From Vicugna vicugna (Eukaryota): 64,000 nt of DNA. The stretch covers positions 124,001-188,000 of the forward strand of contig MU058687.1 of NCBI GenBank assembly GCA_013265495.1, read 5' to 3'. Position numbers and translations under genes: made by a program. Under the pieces are notes generated by a model, which was not told the origin of the DNA, did no database searches, and was given only the letters and a program-made list of their open reading frames with translations. Shown in pieces: positions 12,933 to 26,158 of the stretch; positions within the stretch are counted from its first letter, which is position 1; every line of letters starts with the position of its first letter.

Positions 12933-13684
12933 TGCACTGATCTGTTACTGACATGAGGGATTCAAGGTCAGATTTTTGTGTTTAATAATCTTATATGAAT
13001 CAATTGTCCCCTGGATAACATTAAATTCATGTCACTGGTATTACTGGTGTATTTCAGGTAAATTTTTGAGTGTTACTTTGTCATTAATTTTCCTAATGTA
13101 ACACATACCTATTTTAGAAGATTCAGTTAGAGGTATACAATACAAAATAGTAAAAAGCATGCCCACTATTAACATTTGTGTTTTCACCTAGATTTTTTTA
13201 CTTAACAATTTGAAGCACAGATGAAATTTAAAGCTGAACAAATACTGGGTTACTTTTTCCATTGCTGGGAGGCAGCGGCCATCCAATGTTTGCTACTGTT
13301 TCAACTACTGGTAGCAGGGTAGAATTTTCATTGACCAAAAATATACTGAGAGGTATTGACAGAGGGAAAGCCAGACTGAAATTTTTCTCATGGAGCTCAG
13401 AGAAGAATCCTCTGGGAGGAGGAATTAGGGTAAGAAGGGGATCATCTGGCTCTAAAACAGTTAAGTCCAAACTCTGTCCCAAGCGAGAGTGATTATGAAC
13501 TATTTTCCTTCTTACTCAAAGAACAGACTTTGGAAAATCATACTGTCACGTTCTTAGGGGTATCATTCATCACTTTCCTTGACATCAAGTCTACAAAGTA
13601 TTGTATAATTGTATTTGAAGTGATAACAGCTGAGAATTTTTGAAAACTAACAAAGACATCAAGCCACATATCTCAGAAGCACAA

Positions 13685-14050
13685 TGTCTTATCTCGGGCT
13701 TCTTTAACAAAGTACCATGGACTGGGTGGCTTAAACAACAGATATTTATTTCTCACAGTTCTGGAGACTGGGAAGTCCAAGATCAAGGTTCCAGCAGGTC
13801 CAGTTCCTGGTGAGGGCCTCTTCCTGGCTTACAGACACCTGCCATCTTCTTGTGTCCTCAACTGGCAGAGAGAGGAAGCTCTGGTTTCTCTTCCTCTTTT
13901 CATCAGGACACCAATCCCATCATGGGGGGGTCTCACTCATGACCTCTTTTAAACCTAACTACCTCCCAAAGGCCCTACCTTCAGTTACCATCACATTAGG
14001 GTCTCAGATTTCAACATATGAATGTTGAAGGGACACATCCGTTCATAACA
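13685..14050 (-). mobile_element. MaLR solo LTR (MLT1-like)
   Basis: gggtggcttaaacaacagatatttatttctcacagttctggag...gttcataaca. Confidence 0.8.
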
Positions 14051-14707
14051 ACCGTACACCTCAAGCAACTTAAATACAAAGAAAACCATATTTAACACAT
14101 CACAGAAAAATTCTTTGTGGCAGTTTTATAACTTAATTACAAATTCTTTGACATTTCTGGCTAGAAACATACACTATGCCAAGACTAAGAAAGAAAAAGA
14201 CAACTTGAACAGACTAAACACTGGCAGTGAAATTGAGTTTGTAATTTAAAAAACCAACCTCCCAGCAAACAAAAGTCCAGGACCAGATGGCTTCACAGGG
14301 GAATTCTACCAAACATGTAAAGATCAGTTGATACCTATCCTTCTCAAACTATTCAAAAAAAATTGAAGAGGATGCGATAATCCCAAAATCATTCTACAAG
14401 CCCACCACTACCCTGAATCCAAAACTAGGCAATGATGGTATGAAAAAAGAAATTACAGACCAATATCTTAGATGACTATAGATGCAAAAATTGTCAACAA
14501 AATGTTAGCAAACTGAATCCAAAAATTTATAAAAATGATCATACACCACAGTAAATGGGATTTATTTCAGGCCTAACAGGATGGTTCAATATTCACAAAT
14601 CATCAATGTGATACACCACATTGACAACAAGAAGGATAAAAATCACATGATCATCACAATAGATGTAGAAAAAGCATTTGACAAAATCCAGTATCCATTC
14701 ATGATAA

Positions 14708-15047
14708 TGTTTTGCCTATATTTTCTTCTAGGAGGTTTATTGTATCTTGTCTTATGTTTAAATCTTTGATCCATTTTGAGTTTATTTTTGTGTATGGTAT
14801 AAGGGGGTGTTCTAGCTTCATTGATTTATATGTTGCTGTCCAGTTTTCCCAACACCATTTGCTGAAGAGACTGTCTTTATTCCATTGTGTATTCTTTCCT
14901 CCTTTGTCGCAGATTAGTTGACCAAAAGTTTGTGGGTTCATTTCTGGGCTCTCTGTTCTGTTCCATTGGTCCATAAGTCTGTTTTTGTACCAATACCATG
15001 CTGTTTTGATGACTGTAGCTCTATAGTATTGTCTGAAGTCTGGGAGA
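14708..15047 (-). mobile_element. Younger L1 ORF2 internal fragment, antisense, with no poly(A) or TSD
   Basis: Uninterrupted peptide [44 protein letters not shown] on the - strand. Confidence 0.85.
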
Positions 15048-15197
15048 CAGTCTTGCTACTTCTATTTAACATTATATTAGAAGTCCTAGCCACAGCATCA
15101 GACAAGAAAGAGAAATAAAAGCATCCAAATTGGAAGAGAAGTAAAACTATCACTATTTGCAGATGACATGATACTATATATGGAAAACTCTGAAAAC

Positions 15198-15236
<39 letters not shown>

Positions 15237-16649
15237 CAAAACTACTAGAATTAATAAATGAATTCAGTAAAGTTGCAGGATACAAGATTAATATGCAGAA
15301 ATCTGTTGCTTTGCCAACAACAACAACAACAACAAAAACCATTAAAAATTGCATCAAAAAGAATAAATTGCCTAGGAATAAACTTAACCAAGAATGTGAA
15401 GGACCTATACTCTGAAAAGTATAAAACATTGATGAAGAAAATTGAAGATGATACAAAGAAATGGAAAGATATTTTGTATTCTTGGATTGGAAGAATTAAT
15501 AGTTAAAATGACCATACAAGCAACCTACAGTCCTTATTAAAATATCTATTTTATGGATTTAATGCAATCCTTATCAAAATATCCCATGACATTTTTCACA
15601 GCAGTAGTAGAATAATCCTAAAATTTATATGGAAACACAAAAGACCCTGAACTGCCAAAACAATCTTGAGAGAAAAGAACAAAGTTGGAGGTATCATGCC
15701 CCCTGTCTTCAGACTACTACCAAGCTACAGTTATCAAAATAGCATAGTACTGGTGCAAAAACAATCATATAGATCAATGGAACTGAATAGAGAGCCCAGA
15801 AATAAACCCACACACCTATGGTCAATTAACCTACAACAAAGGAAGCAAGATTATACAATAGCAAAAAGACAGTATCTTCAATAAACTGTTAGTGCTGAGA
15901 AAAGTGGACAGCTACATGTAAAACAATGAAATTAGAACAATTTCCTCACGCCACATACAAAAGTGAACTCAAAATAGATTAAAGACCTAAATGTAAGACC
16001 TGAAACCAAAAAACTTCTAGAAGAAACATAGACAGAATACTCTTTGACATAAATCATAGCAATAATTTTGGGATCTTCTCATAAGGCAAAAGAAATAAGA
16101 GCAAAAACAAGCAAATGTTACCTAATTAAACTTAAAACGTTTTGCACTGCAAAGGAAACTAAGCAAAATGAAAAGACAACCTACTGAATGGAAGAAAATA
16201 TTTGCAAATATATGACCAACAAGGGAGTTATGTCCAAGATACATAAACAACCCATACAACTGAATATCAAAAAGAACAAAACAACCCAATTAAAAAATTG
16301 TCAGAAGACCTGAATAGACATTTTTCCAAAGACAATGTACAGATGGCTAACAGGCACATGAAGAGAGGCTCAACATCACTAGTCATAAGAGAAATGCAAA
16401 TCAAAACTGCAATGAGAAATCACCACACACCTACCTATCAGAATGGCTATCATCAAAAAGCCTATAAATAAGAAAAGTTTGTGAGGATGTGAAGGAAGAG
16501 GAACCCCTGTACACCACTAGTGGGAATGTAAATTGGTACAGCCACTATAGAAAACAGTATGGAGTTTCCTCAAAAAATTAAAAATAGCTTTACCAGATGA
16601 TCCCAGCAATTCCACTCTGGGGTATGTATCCAGAAAAAATGAAAACACT

Positions 16650-17114
16650 GTTTTCCAGAGCCCATGTTCCTCGTCAGTCCAATCCAAAGTCAGAAAATTT
16701 GGACTTGCATTTGAAATTGTGACCATTCACAACAGCCTGCCTGAGGTTGGGAGCTTTTACACTACTCTCATTGAAAGATGAAAATTAGAAACTATGGCAT
16801 CAATATTAATGACTGCATTACTAAGACTCTGTGGAGGATGCTGAGAGTTATAATAGTTGATTTTTCTGGTTTGATTTTCTTTTTTCTTAGAGTAACATCA
16901 AAGCCAAAAAAGATGGTTTTACTTTTACTAACCTAATGTAAATGTTTATCTAGACTGTTTTTAAATGTGTTTCTTTGTGAATGCTTCATTTGGCTCCATG
17001 AAGCCTGTGTCAGCTGTATAAGTTTGTACTTGGGCACTTAATGTTTTTCTAAGAAACATGTTTTGGATCCTGTACTCTAATAAATCATTATTTTTTAAAA
17101 TTATTTTTAAATTA
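16650..17114 (+). pseudogene. Unidentified 5'-truncated processed retrocopy (mRNA 3' end) inside L1
   Basis: Non-L1 UTR-like sequence, AATAAA at 17079-17084, A/T-rich tail, TSD aaaaaatgaaaacact (16634-16649) / aaaaaatgagaacatt (17115-17130). Confidence 0.7.
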
Positions 17115-18439
17115 AAAAAATGAGAACATTAATTTGAAAAGGTATATGCAGTCCAGTGTTAAAAGCAGCATTATTTATAATAGTCAAGACACAGAAGCAA
17201 CCCAAGTGTCCATGAACAGATGAATGGATAAAGAAGAGGTGGTATGTGTATACAATGGAATTCTACTCAGCCATTAAAAATAATGTTATTCTGCCATTTG
17301 CAGCGATACAGATCTACCCAGAGAATGTTGTGCTTAGTGAAATAAGAAGTCAGAGAAAGACAAATACTGTATGTTATCACTTATCTGTGGAATCTAAAAA
17401 ATAAAATAAATATATATGGCAAAACAGAAACAGACTCACATATGTAGAGAACAAATTAGTGGTTACCACTGGGGAGAGAAAAGGAGGCAAGGGCAAGATA
17501 GAGACATGGGATTAAGAGCTACAAATTACTCTATATAAAATAGACAAGCAACAAGGATAAATGGTATAGCACAGGGAATTACAGCCATTATCTTGTAATA
17601 ACTTTAAATGAAGTATAACCTATAAAAACACTAAATCACTATGCTATACACCTAAAACTAATATAATGTAAATCAACTACATTTCAATACAAACAAACAA
17701 ACAATAAATAATACACATAGAATAAATAGCATATATAGGAGGGGGTAAATGGAGGTGAAGTGTTCCAACATCATTGCATTTCCCAGAAAGTGGTAAAAAT
17801 ACTGATTTATATTAGATGTTAATAAACCAACAGAGAATATTACAGTGAGCTAATAGAGGAGACAAATGGGATTTTTTTTTAATCCGAAGGAAGAGAAAAA
17901 ACTTGTAGAGAACAAGCAGGATACAAAGTAAGTAATAAAGTTGTAGATTTAAACTCAAGTATTTCAGTAATTACACTAATGTAAATGGGCTATATATTCC
18001 AATAAAGGACAGCAAAGAAGGCTGGTTATCCTATGATGTTTAATTCTGTACTCTAAAAATTAAAGTATTAGACCATGCATAGTATTGATTTCCTATCAGA
18101 CAATTAAAAATGGACACCTTAACCTCAAGTGACAGTGGGTACATATGCAGGGTATAAAGTAAAAGTATAAGATAAGAGAATTATGTTTAAACCTTGTTCT
18201 AAAATTTTATCATTGATAAATAATGAAATCCAGTCTTACTGAAAATTAAAGCCAGTTTAACCAATCTGTTTAAGCTCTTTATCCCCTATGTATATTCAAA
18301 ATTGATTTATACTAGGTATTCATAATATAGCCTTCATTTTGCCAAGTGGAAATAAATCTGCTGAGTACCTTATTGAAAGGAACTCCAAAGATATGAGAAA
18401 ACTTTTATTCTCTATTCTGTTTTCTGGTGTTGTCTTCAG

Positions 18440-19405
18440 TCATCTAACTTCATTCAAATGTTTATTGAAAGTGTACTCTGAAAAAAAAAAGGAAGTGTAC
18501 TCTGTGGCAGGCAGAGCTCCAAGCTCATGGTAAAGATGAACAAAGCTAACAAAGTCTTTGCTGTCAAGGAGTATTTATTCTAGTTTGGAAGTCAAAAAAT
18601 AAAATGAGAGGGCTATGAAGAATAAAAAGCAGAAAAAGATTAGAGCATGATGAGGGAGGTGACATTTTAAATAAATGGGTCAGGGAAGGCATGTATAGGA
18701 ATAGGTGGTCTTTGAACAGAGATCTGATTGAGATGAGGGAGAGAGTTGAATTTCAGGTTGAGGGAGTGATAGAGGCAGAGACCACAGTGGAAGCATGTGC
18801 TTGGTCTTAAGCCAAGCAGGAGAAGGAAGGAGGTGTAGAAAATGAGCTCAGAGAGGTAGCCAGGGGATACCTGTGATTACGGGAAGCCAATGGGGAGTTG
18901 AAAATGACATGATCTAAGTTAAGCTTTCAAAATATCATTCTGCTTACTCTATGGAGAATCAATTGTAGGTAGGCAGTGTTAGCTTTCAGGCAGTGAGGCC
19001 ATTTGGAAGGCTACTTTAGTCATCCAGGCGAGAGAGAATCACTTTAGAGTAGGGTCTAGCAGTGCAGGTGATGTATAGTGGTCAGATCAGAATACCTTGC
19101 AAAGTAGAGCAGTTGGGTTCCTGATGGATACAATGTGGGATGGAAAAAAAAATCCAAGAATGACTCCAAGCTTTTTTTCCCCCCTAAGCAGGTAAGCAGA
19201 TGGATGAATAGTGTTGCCATTTACAGAAACAGAGAACCCTGAGGAAAGAACAAATTTGGGGTGAAAAAAGTCAAGATTTCCATTTCTGTCATGTTAAGTT
19301 TGCCTGTTGGACATTCAAGTGAAGATGCCAAGTAGAGAGCTAGACCTTCAAGTCTGAATCTCAGAGAAGACATGAAAGCTGGAAATGTAAATGTGAGAAT
19401 CAACA
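18440..19405 (-). mobile_element. L2 LINE fragment
   Basis: cattcaaatgtttattga..., gggtcagggaaggc, gagtgacatgatct-like and ggacattcaagtgaagatg motifs typical of the L2 reverse strand. Confidence 0.65.
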
Positions 19406-19631
19406 ATCAGGAAATTGGAAGGTGAGTGTTAAAAAAAAAACTGGGAAGTAAGAGGATCAATATTAATTTTACATTAAAATTCACCATGAGTCCAGACTAG
19501 CAAACTACATTAAATCCTAATATATAAAAATGTATGGGCTTTTTTTTTTCCAGGTGAGTTACCTGAATCAATTCTCCCACTAAAAACAACTAACACTCCT
19601 GGATAAAACATCTTCTAAAAGCATTTGTTGA

Positions 19632-20168
19632 GACATGGAAACAGCCTAAATGTCCATCAACAGATGACTGGATAAAGAAGATGTGGTGTATTTACACAAT
19701 GGAATACTACTCAGCCATAAAAACAGACAACATAACGCCATCTGCAGCAACATGGATGCTCCTGGAGAATGTCATTCTAAGTGAAGTAAGCCAGAAAGAG
19801 AAAGAAAAATACCATATGAGATCGCTCATATGTGGAATCTAAAAAACAAAAACAAAGACAAAAAAACAAAGCATAAATACAGAACAGAAATAGACTCATA
19901 GACATAGAATACAAACTTGTGGTTGCCAAGAGGGCGGATGGTGGGAAAGGATAGACAGGATTTCAAAATTGTAGAATAGATAAACAAGATTATACTGTAT
20001 AGCACAGGGAAATATACACAAGTTCTTTTGGTAGCTCACAGAGAAAAAAAAAGTGACAATGAATATATATATGTTCATGTATAACTGAAAAATTGTGCTC
20101 TACACTGGAATTTGACACAACATTGTAAAATGGTTATAAATCAATAACAAATGTTAAAAAAATAAAAA
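19632..20168 (+). mobile_element. Young lineage-specific L1 3' end with perfect TSD
   Basis: TSD taaaagcatttgttga at 19616-19631 and 20169-20184; ends ...acattgtaaaatggttataaatcaataacaaatgttaaaaa. Confidence 0.9.
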
Positions 20169-20665
20169 TAAAAGCATTTGTTGATCTGACAAGAAAGAAA
20201 AGAAATTCTGTGGTCAGGGACTGAGTAAAGGTGGGAGTGCTGAGGAAAGCAGAACTCTGCAAGCAGCTCGTTTTCTGAGAGCATTTGCTGAATGTCATAT
20301 TGATGTATTGACACATTTCATTATATAATATCAAAAAATCACATTAGTGAATACACACTAATGATCTTATTTTTAGAAAAGTTTAAATATCAGACAGCTG
20401 TCAAGCTCACAGTGGTTGAAGGCAGGTTTTCCTAAATTCTAGTTTTTTTCTTGAAAGGTCAAATTTCATCACTGATGACAAAGTTGTTTTCTTTGAAGTG
20501 ACAGGTTCACTAAGCTCATTTTTGGAAGAATGTCTGCCAAATACCGAAGCTTTAATGACCATAGTTGTCAATCATTCTTTCAAGTAAATTCGTGTTCTAT
20601 GAAAAAAGTGGCTAGTTCAGCTCATGACTCCATCATACATGTGCTTTTACTTAAGATACTGTTGT

Positions 20666-20733
20666 GGGTAGGGTGGGTATAGCTCAGTGGTAGAGTGGGT
20701 TCAATCCCCAGTACCTTCATTTAAAAAAAAAAA
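20666..20733 (+). mobile_element. tRNA-Ala SINE (vic-1-like) with internal deletion
   Basis: gggtatagctcagtggtagag joined directly to tgggttcaatccccagtacc, poly-A, degenerate TSD aagatactgt / aagataactgt. Confidence 0.75.
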
Positions 20734-20888
20734 GATAACTGTCATATTTCTGTTGCAGCAGAAGTACTTTCTTTTTAAAATTTTTTATTTTTCATTTTTA
20801 TCTTATTTACTGTTTTCTGCAACAGAAGTGCTTTATGTATACTTCTCAATTTGTCAGACAATATTTTTTAAACATGGTTTTTAAAAAA

Positions 20889-21181
20889 ATTTTATTTTTT
20901 TATTGAAGTATAGTTGGTTTACAATGTTATGTCAATTTCTGGTGTACAGCATAATATTTCAGTCATATGTATACATACATATATTCTTTTTTTATTATTT
21001 TTTCATATTCTTTTTCATTATAGGTTACTACAAGATATTGAAAATAGTTCCCTGTGCTATGCAGTAGAAACTTGTTGTTTATCTATTGTATACATGCAAA
21101 TCTCAGACTCCCAATTTATCCCTTCCTCACTCTTCCCTCCAATAACCATAAGTTTCTTTTCTGTTGGTGAGTCCGTTTCTG
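20889..21181 (-). mobile_element. L1 3' end fragment
   Basis: tttttattgaagtatagttggtttacaatgtt...tccctgtgctatgcagtag. Confidence 0.8.
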
Positions 21182-21305
21182 TAAAAACGTGTTTAAGGTG
21201 AAAATTTAATAAAACTAATACATTTTACAGCTTCATCAAGGAATTCCTAATTGTAACTGACTTTTTTTTCTTGCTAGTGCATGGTGATGAGGAATACTGT
21301 ATGTT

Positions 21306-21652
21306 TGTTTTTTTTTAAACATTTCTTTATTGAGTTATAATCATTTTACAATGTTGTGTCAAATTCTAGTGTAGAGCACAATTTTTCAGTTATACATGAA
21401 CATATATATATTCATTGTCACATTTTTTCTCTGTGAGCTACCATAAGATCTTGTATATATTTCCCTGTGCTATACAGTATAATCTTGTTTGTCTATTCTG
21501 TATTTTGAAATCCCAGTCTATCCCTTCCCACCCTCTGCCTCCTTGGCAACCACAAGTTTGTATTCTATGTCTATGGGTCTGTTTCCCTTTTGTATTTATG
21601 TTTTGTTTTGGTTTTTTGTTTTAGATTCCACATATGAGCGATCTCATATGGT
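21306..21652 (-). mobile_element. Young L1 3' end fragment
   Basis: Reverse complement of the 19815-20160 L1 3' UTR; approximate TSD atactgtatgtt / atactgtttgtt. Confidence 0.85.
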
Positions 21653-22669
21653 ATACTGTTTGTTACAGCACCTTTATTAATGCTAAAGCAGTAGCAGTTT
21701 TAGCCGTCATTGCTTCTGCAACATCAGTACAAATGTCAACACAGTGAAAAAGGCACAGATCATCTTAGTATTATTATGAAGTAGTTTTGACCCTTACCCT
21801 GGGGTCTGTAGACCAACTCTGAGAACACTTATCCTAAAGTAACTCTTTATATATCCCCAGGGAACAAAAACAAGAATATTAATAGCAGCATTGTTTGTAC
21901 TAGAAAAAAACTGGAAACTATCAAAATGTCTATTAACAGTAGAATGGATAAATTGTGGACTATTCATAAGATGCAATATGATGAAGCAGTGAAAATTAAT
22001 GAACCACAGTGACCCAACACATAACATAGATGAATCTCAGGAAAAATATTGAATATAAAAGGCAATTGCAGAAAAATAAATAAAATGTTTTTTTAATTAT
22101 GACACAAAAAGCACAAGTAAAACACTAGATAAGTTGGACTTCCTTACAATAAAAACTTTTGCACTTCAAAGGACAGCATCAACAAAGTGAAAGACAACCC
22201 ACAGAATGGGGAAAAGATATCTGTAAATCATGTATCTTATAAGGGACTTGTGTCTAAAATATATAAAGGACTCTTATAACCCAATAAGACAAATAACCTA
22301 ATTTAAACATGCAATGGCTCTGAATAGACATTTCCCCAAAGAAGGTATACAAATGACCAATAAACACATGAAAAGATGCTTAATATCATTAGGCTTCAGG
22401 AAAATGCAAATATAGCCACAGTGAGATTCCACTTTATATTCACTAGGATGGCTGTAATAAAAAAAGATAAAAAGAAGTGTTGATGAGGGTGTGAAGAAAT
22501 TGGAACCCTCATACACTGCTAGTGGGATTGTAAAATGGTGCAATCTCTTTGGAATTCTGGCTTTGCCTCAAAAGTTAAACATAGAATTGCAATATGGCCC
22601 AGCAATTCCAGTCCTAAATATATATTCAAAACAAATGAGAACTACATACACACAAAAACTTGTACATGA

Positions 22670-25330
22670 CTATGTAAACTGGAATTAGGAAACTGAACTC
22701 ATTTCCACAGGCTTATAATCTGTATTGTCTAAAGACAATCATATAAAATTATGAATATAAATGAAATTAATAAAATTTAACTGTTGGAGACAACATATTA
22801 CTCCACCCATATAGCAAAATGCATTCAGGAGGAGCAGACAACAGTTGGTTGTTGATTACCAACTTGTTCACTAGAATGCAAAGAAACTGGCATTCCTATT
22901 TTCCCAAGATTTACATCCTTCTATAGCATATAACTAATCTTCCAAATAGTCAGAGGCTAGAGCTATTGCAAGGCATGGATGATGCTGGTGATAAAGAATT
23001 GGCCAATAAGAATGTACTTTTGTGAGCCAACGTTTTATTTTGTTCATACAACAGTTTCTTGGGCAAAATATTTTGTCATTGCTTACTGGTAATTTAATAA
23101 AACTACAAAAGTATTTGATGTAGCATCTGAGTCAATTTCTCAAACTTCCTAGTAACAGCTGCAGGTGGGGCAAAATTCTCCTAAGTGCTCAGTTTGGTAA
23201 CTTCCATATTTCAGAGTTCTGGAAACTGAGCCAAGAGAGGGCTCACTGGGATAAGGATGAATTAGTTATTGTACCCAGACAAGTGGCTGTCTTGAAATCT
23301 ATGCTTTCCACTTAAACTTAATCTCACTGAATGTATGGAACCTTCCCTTAAAGACTAAGGATGAGGCCCCTCAAAGGGAGAGACATGTAACCCTAATGTC
23401 CTTTCTTTCTAGATCCATTACAATATTGTTACCAAGTCCAAACTCATTCTGCTTGTCGCATAACAAGCCGATAAATCGGGAGATGAGTTGTTGGGGTAAG
23501 GAATAACGACTTTATTAGGAAAGCCAGCAGATCAAGAAGATGGCAGACTAATGTTTTGGAGAACCATCTTATCCAAGTCAGAATTCAGGCTCCTTTTATA
23601 TTAAAAAGGGGGGAGGCTGTAGTTGGCTGTTGCAAAATTCTTGGGATCGCAGTCTACAATCCTTTGTTCTTGCAGCTGTCCAGGTAGGTCAGGTCATAAT
23701 GTTCTTGTAAACCTCCAACAAGACAAATATTATCCTCTGTTCTGCAACTTTTTATCTCCATATGAATGGAAAAGTGTTAGACCCTTAAAGGTCAGAATCT
23801 TGAGAATGGGCTACCCTGTATATTTCAGGCTCTAGGTAACATTCTTTTACCAAAGGTGCAGAACCAGCATGACTAAGCACAGGAAGCAGCATGGGATTAG
23901 AGCTAACAGAACAGATCTAATACAGAGTCAGATTTGTTCTTCCCTATTGCAATGACAGATTCATCTGGAGAAACCATGTGCCTGAGTCCAGATGCTTTGG
24001 ACGAGAGAAATATTCAAGAATTTCAGGGAATTTTAGGTACAGGATCAGACATAATGCAAATTCTTGGAAACCTCAATCAAAGACGAAAGACTAAGTGTTC
24101 AAGGATATGGAAGAGCAAGGATCTGAGGTAGACAAGTTTTACTAAAACCTACAAGTTAGATACAGACAACTAAAGGAATTTGCTAGGGTGGTTCCATCAC
24201 TTCAACTTTTTATTTTGAAGTAATTTTAGACTTAAGAAAATGTTGTAAAAATAGTCCAGCTATACTCTTCATCTGTTTTCCCTTAATATTAACATCTTAC
24301 ATAATCATAGTACAAATATCAAAATCAGGAAGTTAACATTGATACAATACTATTAACCAGGACAGTATTACTGAAATTAAGTTATTGCTATCTTGGAGAA
24401 AGAACTTACTCAAATGGATAGTATACTGGCTGCTAAAAAACAAAAAGTGAAGCTCTCTTGTTCCACCAAAATGGGAACAGGAAATAGTACCAGGCCCAGG
24501 ATCATCAGGGAAATCACACTTATGATACTGGAGTAACCAAGCATCTGTCTCCACCTCCAGCCTTTTCCTGTTTAACTCTCAGTTGGGTTATCAGAAAAGT
24601 AAATGGATCTGGGATGTTGACTGAGGATTACAGAAAACAAAATGAATTTTGTGTTAACTGTGGCTGACATTGTTTCTCTATAGGAAGAGCTTTCTAAATC
24701 ACCTCAGATTGAAATCGTTTTGATTTTACAAGGGCATTGTTTTCAATCCCAGTATGTTTTAAAAACAACAGCAGTTTGCTCTCTCTTGGCAGTCAGTGAT
24801 TTACCTTTACAGTCTTGACTCCAAGATATTTCAATTCTCTAACATTTGTCACAATTTGTGAAGGTGAGATTTAAACAGGTGTCCTAAACCTAATTCAGAT
24901 AGTAATATTAGTCATTATATTGATGGTATAATGGTCAGAGATGACTCAGAGCCAACTGTTTCTGAAGCTCAGCCTTTTCATATTGAATTTATAACTGAGA
25001 GACAGTGAGCTATCAAACATGGAAAAGTTCAGGAGCCTTCTCAGAGAGAAACCTTGCTGGGAGTGTAATTATCTGGGGTAACCAGAGAAATTCTACCTTA
25101 GATCAGACAAAAGCTTTTGTCCATCCATGAAGTCCATACTCCTAAAATAGAGGCACAGAAATTAATTTGTATGTTTAATCCTGGACAAAGCATGTCACAT
25201 TTCTGGATGTTAAGATACAGTCACTTTATCAAGTCACTAGACAAACATTAGAATTTGTATGAAGCCACTCCCCTCTCAGGAGAGTACAGTATTTTCTAAC
25301 AGCAGCTGATTCTTTTGCAGATGTGGGCAC
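22670..25330 (+). mobile_element. Highly degraded ERVL-type internal (pol/RT) relic
   Basis: RT remnants at ~24600-24935: NGSGMLTEDYRKQN, FSIP, QFALSWQ, FTVL, HYIDGIM (YIDD-like); outer boundaries approximate. Confidence 0.55.
23427..23951 (-). mobile_element. ERV solo LTR
   Basis: TG...CA termini, reverse poly(A) signal TTTATT ~23513 and reverse TATA (ttttata) ~23594; TSD unclear. Confidence 0.6.
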
Positions 25331-26158
25331 CCCCTGGCAGTCAGCCTGTAGAGTGCCTTTCTTCTGCGGAGTTCCTAAGGAATTCCCACAGGAGGGCATT
25401 TTTCAAAGGCCCAGCCTAGGCCCCCTCCTTAGCTGCTTTTCCCTCTTGTGCCTGGAAGCCTTTTCACAGCAACCTGGGCATTGGGGGGAGGGGAAAGGAG
25501 AACCCATCTTTCTCCCTGCCTTTCTGAAATCTGAGTGCAATTGTGCTGGTGGCTGTGGCAGCCCAGGTAAATTCTTTGTAAGCTGAATGTTCCTAGATGG
25601 AGGAAAGCCTGTAACACTTTAAACAACAGGAGTTTAAAATATGCTGCAGTAGTTACTTCAGGAGGTGGAATGGGGGAATTCATGGAACTCTGAGATCTGA
25701 GACATCATCTTTCATTTGCTGGCCATTGTCTACGTGCTCCATTCACCCTGCTCTGTACCCAGGAAGGCTGAGCTGAATGATTGGCTTCAGCCAAAGAGAA
25801 GCACTCACAAGATACTGAAGGGCAAGAGGAGACTGAGGTCAAGGTGTTTATTCTTCCCACTCTTGCCATCTCACCATAGGTTGCCTGCCTCCCTCCAAGA
25901 AGGCTACAGTTTCTGCAGGCAGACCTCTCTCCTTGAGCCTTCAGGCCCAAGGTTCTGCACTAAACCTTTCTGGGTTTTGTTTTGTTTTTTCAACCTTCCC
26001 CATGCCTTTGCAGATAGTCCCTTTATGAAAATATCTTCCAATTACTCAGGTTGAAAGTGCCACTTGTTTCCTGCCAGAACCCTCATGCAACTCAACGCTG
26101 ACATTGCCAGTGACCACATTTGTGAGTCGAAGAACAAGTCTTACTGAGCACCTACTAT

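Larger units (their letters stand above)
14165..17700 (+). mobile_element. L1 LINE, 5'-truncated ORF2 and 3' UTR, carrying two nested insertions
   Basis: aaagtccaggaccagatggcttcacaggggaattctacc; peptide fragments [23 protein letters not shown] and [14 protein letters not shown]; 3' UTR ends ~17690 with A-rich tail. Confidence 0.9.
20300..21830. mobile_element. hAT-Charlie1-like DNA transposon relic interrupted by one SINE and two L1 3' ends
   Basis: gttgttttctttgaagtgacaggttcact, aaaaagtggctagttcagctc and terminal gaccaactctgagaac resemble Charlie1. Confidence 0.6.
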
